Positions 26,219-34,660 of a stretch of DNA of 64,000 nucleotides are shown in pieces. The notes below the pieces were generated by a model. The model saw only the letters and a list, made by a program, of their open reading frames with translations. It did not search any database and was not told where the DNA came from. Location: contig CAZNCQ010000006.1 of NCBI GenBank assembly GCA_964571275.1, forward strand, positions 4,770-68,769. The letters are read 5' to 3'. The stretch is from an uncultured Myxococcales bacterium. Lineage in GTDB: Bacteria; Myxococcota_A; Polyangia; Fen-1088. A program made the position numbers and the translations under genes. Numbering within the stretch: position 1 is the stretch's first letter; every line of letters begins with the position of its first letter.

Positions 26219-29200
26219 CTACCCTTCGGGCGTGGCGTCAGGTGCCGCGCGGGGAACGCGCAACGGACGCCACCATCCGTGCTCGCGCAGGCAGCTCCAG
26301 ACCCAGCGCGACCAGCGCAGGCAGGCGAGCGCCAGCCACAACGACCAGGCCAGCATCGCTCCCCGATACATCATCAGGGGCGCCGACAGGATCCAGGGCC
26401 GTGGTAGCAGCGGTCCGGTCCGATCCTGATACCAGCGCAGCAGCTGGTCGTTCGATCCGTTGCCAACGACGCGCATGTCGGGATGCGACACCAGCCCTTG
26501 CTCGATGGCGCCGAACAGAATCGCGACCGCCGCCACCGTGAGGCCGACGAACACGATCTGCGAGAGGTCGTAGAGGACCGCGCGCCCGGCGATGGGGTGC
26601 CGCGCGCGCCACCCCATTGCCAGCAGGAACAACCCGACGACGCCGGCGGCCGGCAGCGGCAGCTGCGCCATACCGATGCCCAGCAGCGTCCAGTCCCACC
26701 AGCGCAGCGGCGTCAGACGCGTGCGGCCCAGGACCCAGCCCATCACCAGAAGCACGATGACGATGCTCCAGATGTGCACGGCCGGTCCCAATCGCGGCCC
26801 CGCCGCCCACAGCATCCAGCGCGGCGCCTCGGCGAGCTGGATCTGCGTGACGATGTTGGTCGCCGGGACGCCGACGTCGACCGCCGGAGCGCGAAAGATC
26901 GGCGACAGCGGTGTCGGTTCGCGCCAGCTGATCGCGAACGTCTGCTTGCGTGGGCCGATCGGCAGCACGATGCGCCGCCCGTCGCTCTCCAGGTGCAGCG
27001 GCATCGCCTGCCCGTCCAGCGTCACGCCTTCGAGCTCGGCGCCCGCCGCCAGCGCAATCGTGTGCTGGGTGCCGCGGCTCGACCGGATCGCCAGCGACAG
27101 CGTCGAGCGCGTCATGCGCGTCCCCGGCGACACGTCGAGCTCACCGCCGTCGATGGTCAACGTCTGTCCGCCGGCGCCCGCGGGCCGGCCGAGCGCGATG
27201 CGCACCTCCTCGCCGGGCCAGGGACGCCATTCGGCGATGCGCGCGCCGTCGGGGTCAGCGCGCTGGATGGGTGGAATCCCGGCGAACGTCGCGTGCCAGG
27301 TGGCGCCGAGATCCAGCAGCCAGGTCTCGGCCCACAGGCGAGCGAACGCCGGAGCCGCGTGCAGGCGCAGCGCCGCGGATTCGGTCAGCGTCGATCGCCA
27401 CTGCGTCTCCGTCGCATCGGGCCCGAGGCTGACGTTCACCGCCGTCTTGGCCTTGTCCACGCGCACGCCGGCGGTGGTGACCGCCTCGCCGGGCAAGAGC
27501 GGCACGTCGATCACCACGGGCGCGCCGGTGGGCGTCTCACGGCGGACCACCGTCTCGACTTCCCATTTGAGACCGAGGTGCAGGGTGCGCGTGACGCGCA
27601 GGAACGGCGCGAGCGACACCGCCGCGCCGGCCGCGTCCGGCGGCGCCGGCGTCCCTGTGGCGCCGCCCGCGCGCGACAACTTGAGGCTCTCGTCGGCGGC
27701 GCCGTCCTCGTGCAGGCCGTCCAGCGTCCACCCGCGCACGCGGGCGGTGACGAACCGCGGCTTCAACGGCAGCGCGATCTGGATCGTCTCGCGCGGCGAC
27801 AGAGCGCCGGTCATCTCGACGCGAAACGTGCCCGGCGACAGCGCCAGCCACAGCGTGCCGTCGTCGGTGCGCGCCAGCGCGGAAGCCACCTTCCCGTCGA
27901 CGCGCACCTGATCCGGGACCCAGTCCTTGAGATTTCCCGGCAGCGGGATCGCCGTGCGTGCCGCGGCCGAAGCCTCCAGGACCAGCTGCAGCTCGCCCGG
28001 GGTCACGTCGAGCGCCAGGCGGCTGATCCCGCCGCAGTTGGGCGCGCAATGCGGCGGCTCGAGCAGGCGCTGCTTCAATTGTTCGAGCAGCTCCGGCGAA
28101 GGCGCGGTGAGCTCCGCCGCGCGCGCCACGCCGGACAGGGTCGCCGCCGCCGTCGTCGCCAGCAACAAGAGCAGTATCCCGGCGCGGTTGCCGGCGCCGT
28201 CGAGCAGCGGACGCGCCGCGTGCCACCCGCCGCCGAGGCGCATCGGCCGGCGCAGGATGAGCAGCGCCAGCGCCACGAGCAGCGCCGCACGTGCCAGCGA
28301 CAGCGCCAGGTTCACGGACGGAGGTGCCAGCCACAGTTGCAGCTCCTGGTCCTGGCGCACCGGCGCGTTGAAGGTCAGCGAGGCGGTGTCCCACTCCCAG
28401 GTCGGAAGCCCAGGACCGGTCTGGACCACGGCGCTCGGATCGTAGACGTCGCGTTTTTGCGAGACGGCGTCGCTGAGACGAAGGTTCTTGTCCACGCCAA
28501 GCAGCCCAGCTTTCCCGGCGTAGGCCGACCCACGGGACTGCTCGACCTCTTTCTTCGGCTTCGCCAAGAGGCCGATTCCCGATCCCGAGGCCTCCTTGCT
28601 GAGGTCGCCGAGCGCCCCCATCGCCGAAGCGTGGCCCTCCGCGGTCGCAACCGGCGCCTCCGCGGGCACGGGAGCGGGGGCCTCGGGGACGAAGAATGCG
28701 ACCTGACTTCTTTCGGTGGTCGGGCCTTCGCGCTCGGCCGCCGGGTGCACGCCGCGCCGCACCTCCGCGACGGCGTACGGAAAAAGCACCGAGGCGAGCG
28801 CGATCCACGCGGCGATCCGATACACGCGCGCCAGCGTGTGCAGCTTGCCTGTACGAAGCGCGCGCGCCAGCGCCTCGCCCAGCAGGACCGCGAGCCAGAC
28901 CACGCCGGGCGCGTCCGATTCGGTAATCGAGAGGCCGATCCCCACGAGCGCTACCAGCGCCAGCTTCCAGCCGAACAGGCGCTGCGCCGCCAGCGTGGTC
29001 ACCAGCAGCAAGAAGAAGCTGAGCAACGACCACCGATCGATCCAGGTCCCCGTCACCTTGTCGGCGCCGGCGGCGTGAATCAGCCGCCAGCCGGGCGGGA
29101 TCATCAACGTCGTCGACACGCTCTGAAAATCGAGCAGAAAGCTCGTCGCCGGGACGCGCCAGCGGCGGCCTTCGATGCGGCTGTCGGCGCTGATGGCGGC

Positions 29201-30493
29201 GCGGCCGCTGCGAATCTCGACGCCGTCGTTCCCGTCGGCGTCGCGCGTGATGAACTGATCCCGGCCGTTGATCGCGACGCGACCGAGGCGCGTGTGCGCC
29301 GCGCCCGCCAGCCGCCAGCTGCGCGTGAACCGGCCGGTGATCTGATCGCTGACGGTGTAGCCGCCGCCGTCGAAGTCCAGCCACAGCCGCCGCTGCAGCT
29401 GCAGCTGATCGGGACCGGCGTCGCTGTCGCCGCGCCGCCGTTCTGCCAGGGTCAGCGTCGCGCCCGGCGGTAGCGCGTAGGCGGGCAACAGCTTCCAGTC
29501 GTCGGGCAAGGTCGTCTGCGCCGGATCGATCGCGGGCGCGCCGCCGAGGTCGACCACGCGCAGCTCGGGGCGGCTCTGGAAGACCCAGACCTCCTCGCCT
29601 TCCTTCCAGAGACCGTCGGGCCGCGGTCGCGTCACGCTGTCGCCGGCGGCGGTCCGCCGCGCGATCAGCGTGATGGTCCAGCTGCCGGGTCGGACCTGAA
29701 GGCGCACGTGACCATCCGCATCGAAGCGCAACGGCAGGTTGCCGACGACCTCTTGCGCCTGGAAGCCCTCCGGCAACGCGCGGCCCAGCATGACCTCGCG
29801 GCTCTTGCCCGAGACCGCCAGCTGCAAGCGTGTGATGAGGTGCAGCGGGACATCGTCGACCAGCTTGCGGTGCACGGAGATGTCGATGCTGTCCGCCTCG
29901 GCAACCACCTCCTTGCGGCCGAGAAATACCTGCCCGCCCTCGTCGCGCACGGGAAAATCGACGCGCCTGCCGTTGACGGTCAGGGCGACCAGACCGGTCT
30001 CCGGGAGCACGGCCAGCCCGTCGGGCAGCGCTTCGTCCCAGGCGAAGCGGCCGGTCACCAGGTGGTGGCCGGCGGCGAGCTCCAGGACGGGATCGCCGTC
30101 GTCGCCCGACACGACGGCTGCCGGCTTGCCGTCGACACGCACGTCCAGCGGCCAGTGCTCGTCGCTGCCGGGCAGCTCGGCCAGCCCCGCGTGGAACACC
30201 TCCCACTCCTGCGCAAAGGTGCCGCCCTTGTCATTGACCGTGAGCGATAGCCGCGCCGGCCAGGCACAGACGCGGTCGTCGTCGTGGCCGTGCAGCTGCG
30301 GGCAAGCCAGCTGCTCGTCGCCGTCGCCGTGCAACACCCATCCCGCCCAGGGCCGCAGCGCCTCCGGCACCGAGTCCGCCGGCCCGGCCGCACGATCCGG
30401 CCGGACAGGACGAGCCGCGTGCGCCACGGATCCCGTCGCCAGAACGGTGACCAACACGGCCGAGACGCCCAGCGAGCCCCGCGCGTTCGCCAC
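26219..30493 (-). CDS. very large multi-pass membrane protein, function unknown, internally duplicated
   Basis: About 1,424 aa from GTG 30493 (GAGGAGG 9 nt upstream; the ORF is open to 30538). Signal peptide, then two long extracytoplasmic regions, each followed by clusters of TM helices. Confidence 0.75.
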   Translation of the reverse strand: MANARGSLGVSAVLVTVLATGSVAHAARPVRPDRAAGPADSVPEALRPWAGWVLHGDGDEQLACPQLHGHDDDRVCAWPARLSLTVNDKGGTFAQEWEVFHAGLAELPGSDEHWPLDVRVDGKPAAVVSGDDGDPVLELAAGHHLVTGRFAWDEALPDGLAVLPETGLVALTVNGRRVDFPVRDEGGQVFLGRKEVVAEADSIDISVHRKLVDDVPLHLITRLQLAVSGKSREVMLGRALPEGFQAQEVVGNLPLRFDADGHVRLQVRPGSWTITLIARRTAAGDSVTRPRPDGLWKEGEEVWVFQSRPELRVVDLGGAPAIDPAQTTLPDDWKLLPAYALPPGATLTLAERRRGDSDAGPDQLQLQRRLWLDFDGGGYTVSDQITGRFTRSWRLAGAAHTRLGRVAINGRDQFITRDADGNDGVEIRSGRAAISADSRIEGRRWRVPATSFLLDFQSVSTTLMIPPGWRLIHAAGADKVTGTWIDRWSLLSFFLLLVTTLAAQRLFGWKLALVALVGIGLSITESDAPGVVWLAVLLGEALARALRTGKLHTLARVYRIAAWIALASVLFPYAVAEVRRGVHPAAEREGPTTERSQVAFFVPEAPAPVPAEAPVATAEGHASAMGALGDLSKEASGSGIGLLAKPKKEVEQSRGSAYAGKAGLLGVDKNLRLSDAVSQKRDVYDPSAVVQTGPGLPTWEWDTASLTFNAPVRQDQELQLWLAPPSVNLALSLARAALLVALALLILRRPMRLGGGWHAARPLLDGAGNRAGILLLLLATTAAATLSGVARAAELTAPSPELLEQLKQRLLEPPHCAPNCGGISRLALDVTPGELQLVLEASAAARTAIPLPGNLKDWVPDQVRVDGKVASALARTDDGTLWLALSPGTFRVEMTGALSPRETIQIALPLKPRFVTARVRGWTLDGLHEDGAADESLKLSRAGGATGTPAPPDAAGAAVSLAPFLRVTRTLHLGLKWEVETVVRRETPTGAPVVIDVPLLPGEAVTTAGVRVDKAKTAVNVSLGPDATETQWRSTLTESAALRLHAAPAFARLWAETWLLDLGATWHATFAGIPPIQRADPDGARIAEWRPWPGEEVRIALGRPAGAGGQTLTIDGGELDVSPGTRMTRSTLSLAIRSSRGTQHTIALAAGAELEGVTLDGQAMPLHLESDGRRIVLPIGPRKQTFAISWREPTPLSPIFRAPAVDVGVPATNIVTQIQLAEAPRWMLWAAGPRLGPAVHIWSIVIVLLVMGWVLGRTRLTPLRWWDWTLLGIGMAQLPLPAAGVVGLFLLAMGWRARHPIAGRAVLYDLSQIVFVGLTVAAVAILFGAIEQGLVSHPDMRVVGNGSNDQLLRWYQDRTGPLLPRPWILSAPLMMYRGAMLAWSLWLALACLRWSRWVWSCLREHGWWRPLRVPRAAPDATPEG

Positions 30494-30631
30494 CAATGAG
30501 TGCCTCCTCGTGGTTGAGACAGGAAACCGCGCCGACACTTTAACCCGCGAGACGCGTCGCCCGCGAGCGATCCGGAGGATTCGACAATCCTCCGACGCGC
30601 AGGTTCCGCGGCGGATCGCGCGAACGCCGGG

Positions 30632-31612
30632 TCAGTGACAGCCGCCGGGCAGGCTGACGTAGACCTGCCCGAGCGCCGTCGGCGAGCCGTCGCTGTTCAC
30701 GAGGCGAGCGTTGGGGATGGGATCGGCGCTGAACCACGAATAGCGAAAGACGTGCGGGTTGCTTTCCAGGTAAGGGATGGCCGCGCGCATGAACGCCTCC
30801 TGATCGGCCGCGGTCTTCGTGCCGTCGCACGAGAACTCGGTGAGCCAGATCGGCTTGCCGAACTGCTCGAAGCCCTCGAGGCTGCCGCCCGGCTCCAGGT
30901 AGTCGACCAGCGACGGCAGATCGCAGTTGTACCAGTGGACCGCGATGTGATCGACGCGGCAGCCGGCGCAGGCCGCAAAGAAGTCGCGCAGATACTGATA
31001 CGGGCTGGTGCCGTTGCATGACGTCGCGGGCCCGCAGAAGTTCACCGCCGGCGACACGAGGGCGGCGCTGGCGGCGGTCGCCTTGGCTTCCAGCATGGGC
31101 CAGTCGGCGGCCGCCTGTTGCGCGGTCAGGTTCGACTGCGCGTGGAAGTTGGGCTCGTTGAAGCCGAGCAAGTAGCGCGTCAGCGCGGGCAGCGTCGCGT
31201 TCAGGTCCATCGAGCCCCAGATCATCGGGTCGAACTCGAGAGCCGAGCCGGCGCCCGCGACTCGCGGCGACCAGTCGTACCACCAGCCCACCGACGGGAA
31301 GAACGCCGCGCCCGGCGCGGTATTTGTCGCGATGCCACGCTTGCAGGCCCCGCTGGTGCCGGCCGCGCCGCCGGCGCCGCGGTCACTGGCGCCGTCACTC
31401 GGCGCGTCGATGCGAGCGTCGGTGGCGCCGCTCGCGCCGGCGACGCCACCCGCGCCCGCGTCGTGTCCGCTTTGGCCGCCCGCCGGAGCGCTGCCGCTGG
31501 CCTTCCCGCCGGCACCGGCCGCGGTCCCGCTGTTCGTGCTCGAAGTCGAGCAACCTCCCGCGAGGGCGATCAGCGCGAGCGCTCGCAGCAAGGCCGGCGA
31601 TACGCGCGGCAT
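30632..31612 (-). CDS. glycosyl hydrolase catalytic core (GH128-like) lipoprotein
   Basis: Lipobox LAGGCS with a Gly/Ala linker. Blocks KRGIA, WWYDWS, FDPMIWG, LLGFNEPN, VDHIAVHWY and KPIWLTEFSC match the Glyco_hydro_cc pattern. Confidence 0.75.
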   Translation of the reverse strand: MPRVSPALLRALALIALAGGCSTSSTNSGTAAGAGGKASGSAPAGGQSGHDAGAGGVAGASGATDARIDAPSDGASDRGAGGAAGTSGACKRGIATNTAPGAAFFPSVGWWYDWSPRVAGAGSALEFDPMIWGSMDLNATLPALTRYLLGFNEPNFHAQSNLTAQQAAADWPMLEAKATAASAALVSPAVNFCGPATSCNGTSPYQYLRDFFAACAGCRVDHIAVHWYNCDLPSLVDYLEPGGSLEGFEQFGKPIWLTEFSCDGTKTAADQEAFMRAAIPYLESNPHVFRYSWFSADPIPNARLVNSDGSPTALGQVYVSLPGGCH

Positions 31613-31743
31613 GCCTCAGGGTACCACCGGCTCAGGTCACCGGCCACGGTGCCCCCCCATTCGTGTGAGACCTGCTCCCACCGCTCGCACGTGAGCGACC
31701 CGCAGCTCACGGATCGGTCGGGCGCGCCGCTCATCGCGGGAAA

Positions 31744-33867
31744 TCAAAGCAGATCGAGAAACGCGAGCAGTGCGTGCTTCTCCCGGGGAGCGAGGCCAGC
31801 GCTCTCGTCCGATGTTCCCTCCGGCGTCTTCGCGGTGTCGTGCCAGAACGCGCCATCTCCGTAGCGCGCGCGGTCCAGGACCGACGACAGATCCTTTGCC
31901 GAGCCGTTGGTGAAATAGGGCCGCTTTTTGTAGAGACGCCGCAACGACGGGATGCGTGCACCCTCCGGGTGGACGTAAGGCACGACGCCGCTCTTGCTGT
32001 ACTCGTCCTTGCCCCAGACGATCGGACCGTCGTGGGCGAACAAGAGTGACTCCCAGCGTTCGAACGGCACGCGCGAATCCGAAACGTCACTGGCCAGGCG
32101 CGCCTCGTGGCACGATTCGCAGCGGTCGCGGAACACGCGCGCGCCGGCCCGCTCGTCGTCGGAGAATGCGCTTCGTCCCAGCGTCGCCGGGTTCGGGCGG
32201 TGATTGAACGCGGTCAAGAAACGCATGAACGCTTCACGAAGGCGTAGGGGTGACAGAAGATCGTCGCCGACGCCCAGCGCCGCGAGCCAGGGCGCGTCGC
32301 CCACGCGCAGGCCGAACCACGGGTCGTGGCCGCTGCGCGCGTTGGCCACGCGGAACTCGTTGAATGCCACCGAGACCAGGTCCGGATCCAGCGCGCGCGA
32401 GAAGTGAGGGCGGTTGTTGAACAGACCGAGCAGCGGCTTGGTGACGGCGTGAACGTCGCCGCGGCCGGTGTGATGGGTCCGCCCGTCGGCGTAACCCTCG
32501 AAATGACAGGTTTCGCACGTGAAGCGGCTCAGCGGTCCATCCGAGCGGCCCCAGGGCGCCATCAACGTCGTGAAGATCAGCGCCTCGCCCAGGCGAAGCG
32601 CCGGATCGCGGGGCGCCGCCCCAGGGATCGGAACAATCACCGGTTTGGCGCCGGGCCGCGCGACCTCGACCCACGCGTCGAGCAGCGGATCGGCGAAGAT
32701 CAGCGCGCCGTCCGAGCGTTCGACGACGTCGTTGGTGCCAGGAACGAGCTCGGTGATGGTCTCACCGGCGGGGACCGGCCCATCGAGGTTCATCTCGAGC
32801 AGCTTGTCGGTTCCGTAGCCGGACACGCGCGCGGTGGCTCCCGAGAAGAGCAACACCTTGGGCACGACCACGCCGCGCTCGCCGAGGTTGACGGCCGCTC
32901 TCCGTGTCGCGCGCCGGGCGCCGAGATCGACGTCGTAAAGATAGAGGAAGGAATCGACATAGCCGAACGCGCCGATGGTCCGATCGAGCGGATGATCCTC
33001 GGCCGAGCCGATCCCGATCAGCAAGCCCCGGCGGCTCTCCCGGGCGGCGAACGACCAGATGGGACCGTCGAGAACGATGCGAATGGGAGGCTCGTCGGCA
33101 GCCCCGCCCAGCGGATTCAGCCGCTGGATCACCAGGGCGTGATCGAGCAAGCAGTCGACGATCAGGCGATCGCCGACGCGCGCCATGCGCACCGGTCCAT
33201 GGCCAACGGCGAGGTCGTGCCGGCGCCCAAAGGCCAGCCGGTCGCGCACCGAGGCATCGACTTGCAGAGCCACCAGCCTGCCCCGCTGCTCCTCGATGAG
33301 ATAGACCCAGCCGCCAGGACCGAAGGTGATGCCGCGGATGGCGCGGACGCCTTCAATCACGGCGGTGCCCGCCGGCGAGAGCCGCGCGCCATCCCAGCGA
33401 AAGCGCGCGACCTCCGTCGCAAGCTCGCCCGCGACCAGCACGACGTCGCCGGCCACCGCCAGCGCAACGGGCGATCGCGGAGCGGGCAGTCGCTGGATCT
33501 CGCGCAACGACCGATCCAGGACGACGACGGCGTCACTCCCTCTCAGGATTCCCACCAGGAACCCCGAGCTCGCGATCTCCTTCACTGTGTAGGGATCGGG
33601 ACCGCTGGCGCGATCCCACGTCACCGGGTTTGCAAAGTCGGCTTTCGCGCGCGCGCCCTCGTCGAGCGCGTGAAGCTCCTTGTCGGCCTCGGCGATCTCA
33701 CGGTCGTGAGCGGCGGAACCGGCGGGCGCGTGCGGGCGTCGGTTCCGGCCGGTCATCCAACCGGTCATCACGCCGGTGATCAAGCCGGTCTTGGCCAACG
33801 CCACGGCGACAATTCCCGCAGCGAGACCGACGTACAGGACCGACCGTGCGGGCCGCATCATCTGCAC
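31744..33867 (-). CDS. di-haem cytochrome c peroxidase/MauG-like protein with large N-terminal beta-rich domain
   Basis: N-terminal TM/signal anchor. Two CxxCH motifs (CETCH, CESCH). CCP-family tail IPSLRRLYKKRPYFTNGSAKDLSSVL. Confidence 0.8.
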   Translation of the reverse strand: MQMMRPARSVLYVGLAAGIVAVALAKTGLITGVMTGWMTGRNRRPHAPAGSAAHDREIAEADKELHALDEGARAKADFANPVTWDRASGPDPYTVKEIASSGFLVGILRGSDAVVVLDRSLREIQRLPAPRSPVALAVAGDVVLVAGELATEVARFRWDGARLSPAGTAVIEGVRAIRGITFGPGGWVYLIEEQRGRLVALQVDASVRDRLAFGRRHDLAVGHGPVRMARVGDRLIVDCLLDHALVIQRLNPLGGAADEPPIRIVLDGPIWSFAARESRRGLLIGIGSAEDHPLDRTIGAFGYVDSFLYLYDVDLGARRATRRAAVNLGERGVVVPKVLLFSGATARVSGYGTDKLLEMNLDGPVPAGETITELVPGTNDVVERSDGALIFADPLLDAWVEVARPGAKPVIVPIPGAAPRDPALRLGEALIFTTLMAPWGRSDGPLSRFTCETCHFEGYADGRTHHTGRGDVHAVTKPLLGLFNNRPHFSRALDPDLVSVAFNEFRVANARSGHDPWFGLRVGDAPWLAALGVGDDLLSPLRLREAFMRFLTAFNHRPNPATLGRSAFSDDERAGARVFRDRCESCHEARLASDVSDSRVPFERWESLLFAHDGPIVWGKDEYSKSGVVPYVHPEGARIPSLRRLYKKRPYFTNGSAKDLSSVLDRARYGDGAFWHDTAKTPEGTSDESAGLAPREKHALLAFLDLL

Positions 33868-33936
33868 CGCGCCAGCCTAGCGCGAATGTGTGGTTCGGGT
33901 GTAAGTACGTCGCCAGGCACGAAAGGAGAGACGCTG

Positions 33937-34113
33937 ATGAAGAAGCGAACCTTGATTGGGGCCATTGCCGGGTGCGCCCTGCTGGTGTTCGGACTTGCCG
34001 AGTGTGACATGGGCTCGTCATCGAGCTCGGCGCTCGACAGCACCTGCGACGCGGGACCGGACGCGACCTGCACCCCGGTGACGAGCGATCCCGGACCGTC
34101 GTCGGGCTGGTGA
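33937..34113 (+). CDS. small lipoprotein (58 aa)
   Basis: AAAGGAGAG SD 7 nt upstream of the ATG. Signal plus lipobox MKKRTLIGAIAGCALLVFGLAEC. Short Ser/Asp/Cys-rich mature part. Confidence 0.45.
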   Translation: MKKRTLIGAIAGCALLVFGLAECDMGSSSSSALDSTCDAGPDATCTPVTSDPGPSSGW

Positions 34114-34305
34114 GCCCGCCGCAGGAATCGGCCAATAAACATTCGCTTTTATTCAGCAAACTGTTTTTGCGCCACCACGTAAAGCGCCCGCTGGGCGTGT
34201 GCGCTTGCAGCAGCGCGATCCGCCAACGCCTTGTACTGACACGCAAAATAAGTAACTAAAATTACCCTATTGACGCGCACTAAGGATTACCTACATCCTA
34301 GGCGT

Positions 34306-34572
34306 ATGACCACCGCACGCACCATCAAGCGCTACGCGAACCGCAAACTCTACGACACCCGCGACAGCCGGTACGTCACTCTCGAGCACATCGCGGCAAT
34401 GGTCCGCGCTGGAGACGACATCCGGGTTGTCGACAACACCACCCAGGCTGATCTGACCACCGCCACCTTGGCCCAGATCATCTTCGAGGAGGAGAAGGCG
34501 ACGCCCCGGCTGTCCCTCGCCGGCCTGCGCGAGATCATCCAGGGCGCGACGCTCTCGATTCCCAGCGTTTGA
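34306..34572 (+). CDS. PHA/PHB accumulation regulator DNA-binding domain protein (PhaR N-terminal domain only)
   Basis: [59 protein letters not shown] matches the PhaR DNA-binding domain. The ORF ends after 88 aa. Confidence 0.75.
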   Translation: MTTARTIKRYANRKLYDTRDSRYVTLEHIAAMVRAGDDIRVVDNTTQADLTTATLAQIIFEEEKATPRLSLAGLREIIQGATLSIPSV

Positions 34573-34577
34573 CCCAC

Positions 34578-34622
34578 GGACGATGCCCGGCATCGATCTC
34601 GAATCGCCGCCGGGCATCGTCC
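34578..34622. terminator. perfect 14-bp inverted repeat hairpin between convergent genes
   Basis: ggacgatgcccggc (34578-34591) pairs with gccgggcatcgtcc (34609-34622) around a 17-nt loop, followed by ggttctctc. It lies between the phaR-like stop and the pepF stop. Confidence 0.45.
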
Positions 34623-34660
34623 GGTTCTCTCGATTGCCCTGACCGGCCGCGGCCGGAGCG

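Noticed and set aside
26483-30206. 996-aa (plus strand) and 889-aa (minus strand) ORFs overlapping the large membrane protein gene
   Set aside because: Their composition is extremely Arg/Ala/Pro/Gly-rich with no motifs. They are antisense or out-of-frame shadows of the 26219-30493 gene, which has a signal peptide, TM helices and an SD.
31744-33867. Functional link between the MauG/CCP-like di-haem protein and the MNIO operon, by analogy to MbnH in methanobactin loci
   Set aside because: The two loci are about 17 kb apart, separated by many unrelated genes on both strands. No MbnP-like partner is present, so there is no sequence-based support for a link.
34270-34305. TTG start at 34270 for the PhaR-like ORF, and a TTGACG-N16/17-TACATC promoter call
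   Set aside because: The extra 12 residues are not part of the conserved domain, so the ATG at 34306 is the better start. The -10 match is only about 3/6, so the promoter is mentioned in a finding but not annotated as a feature.
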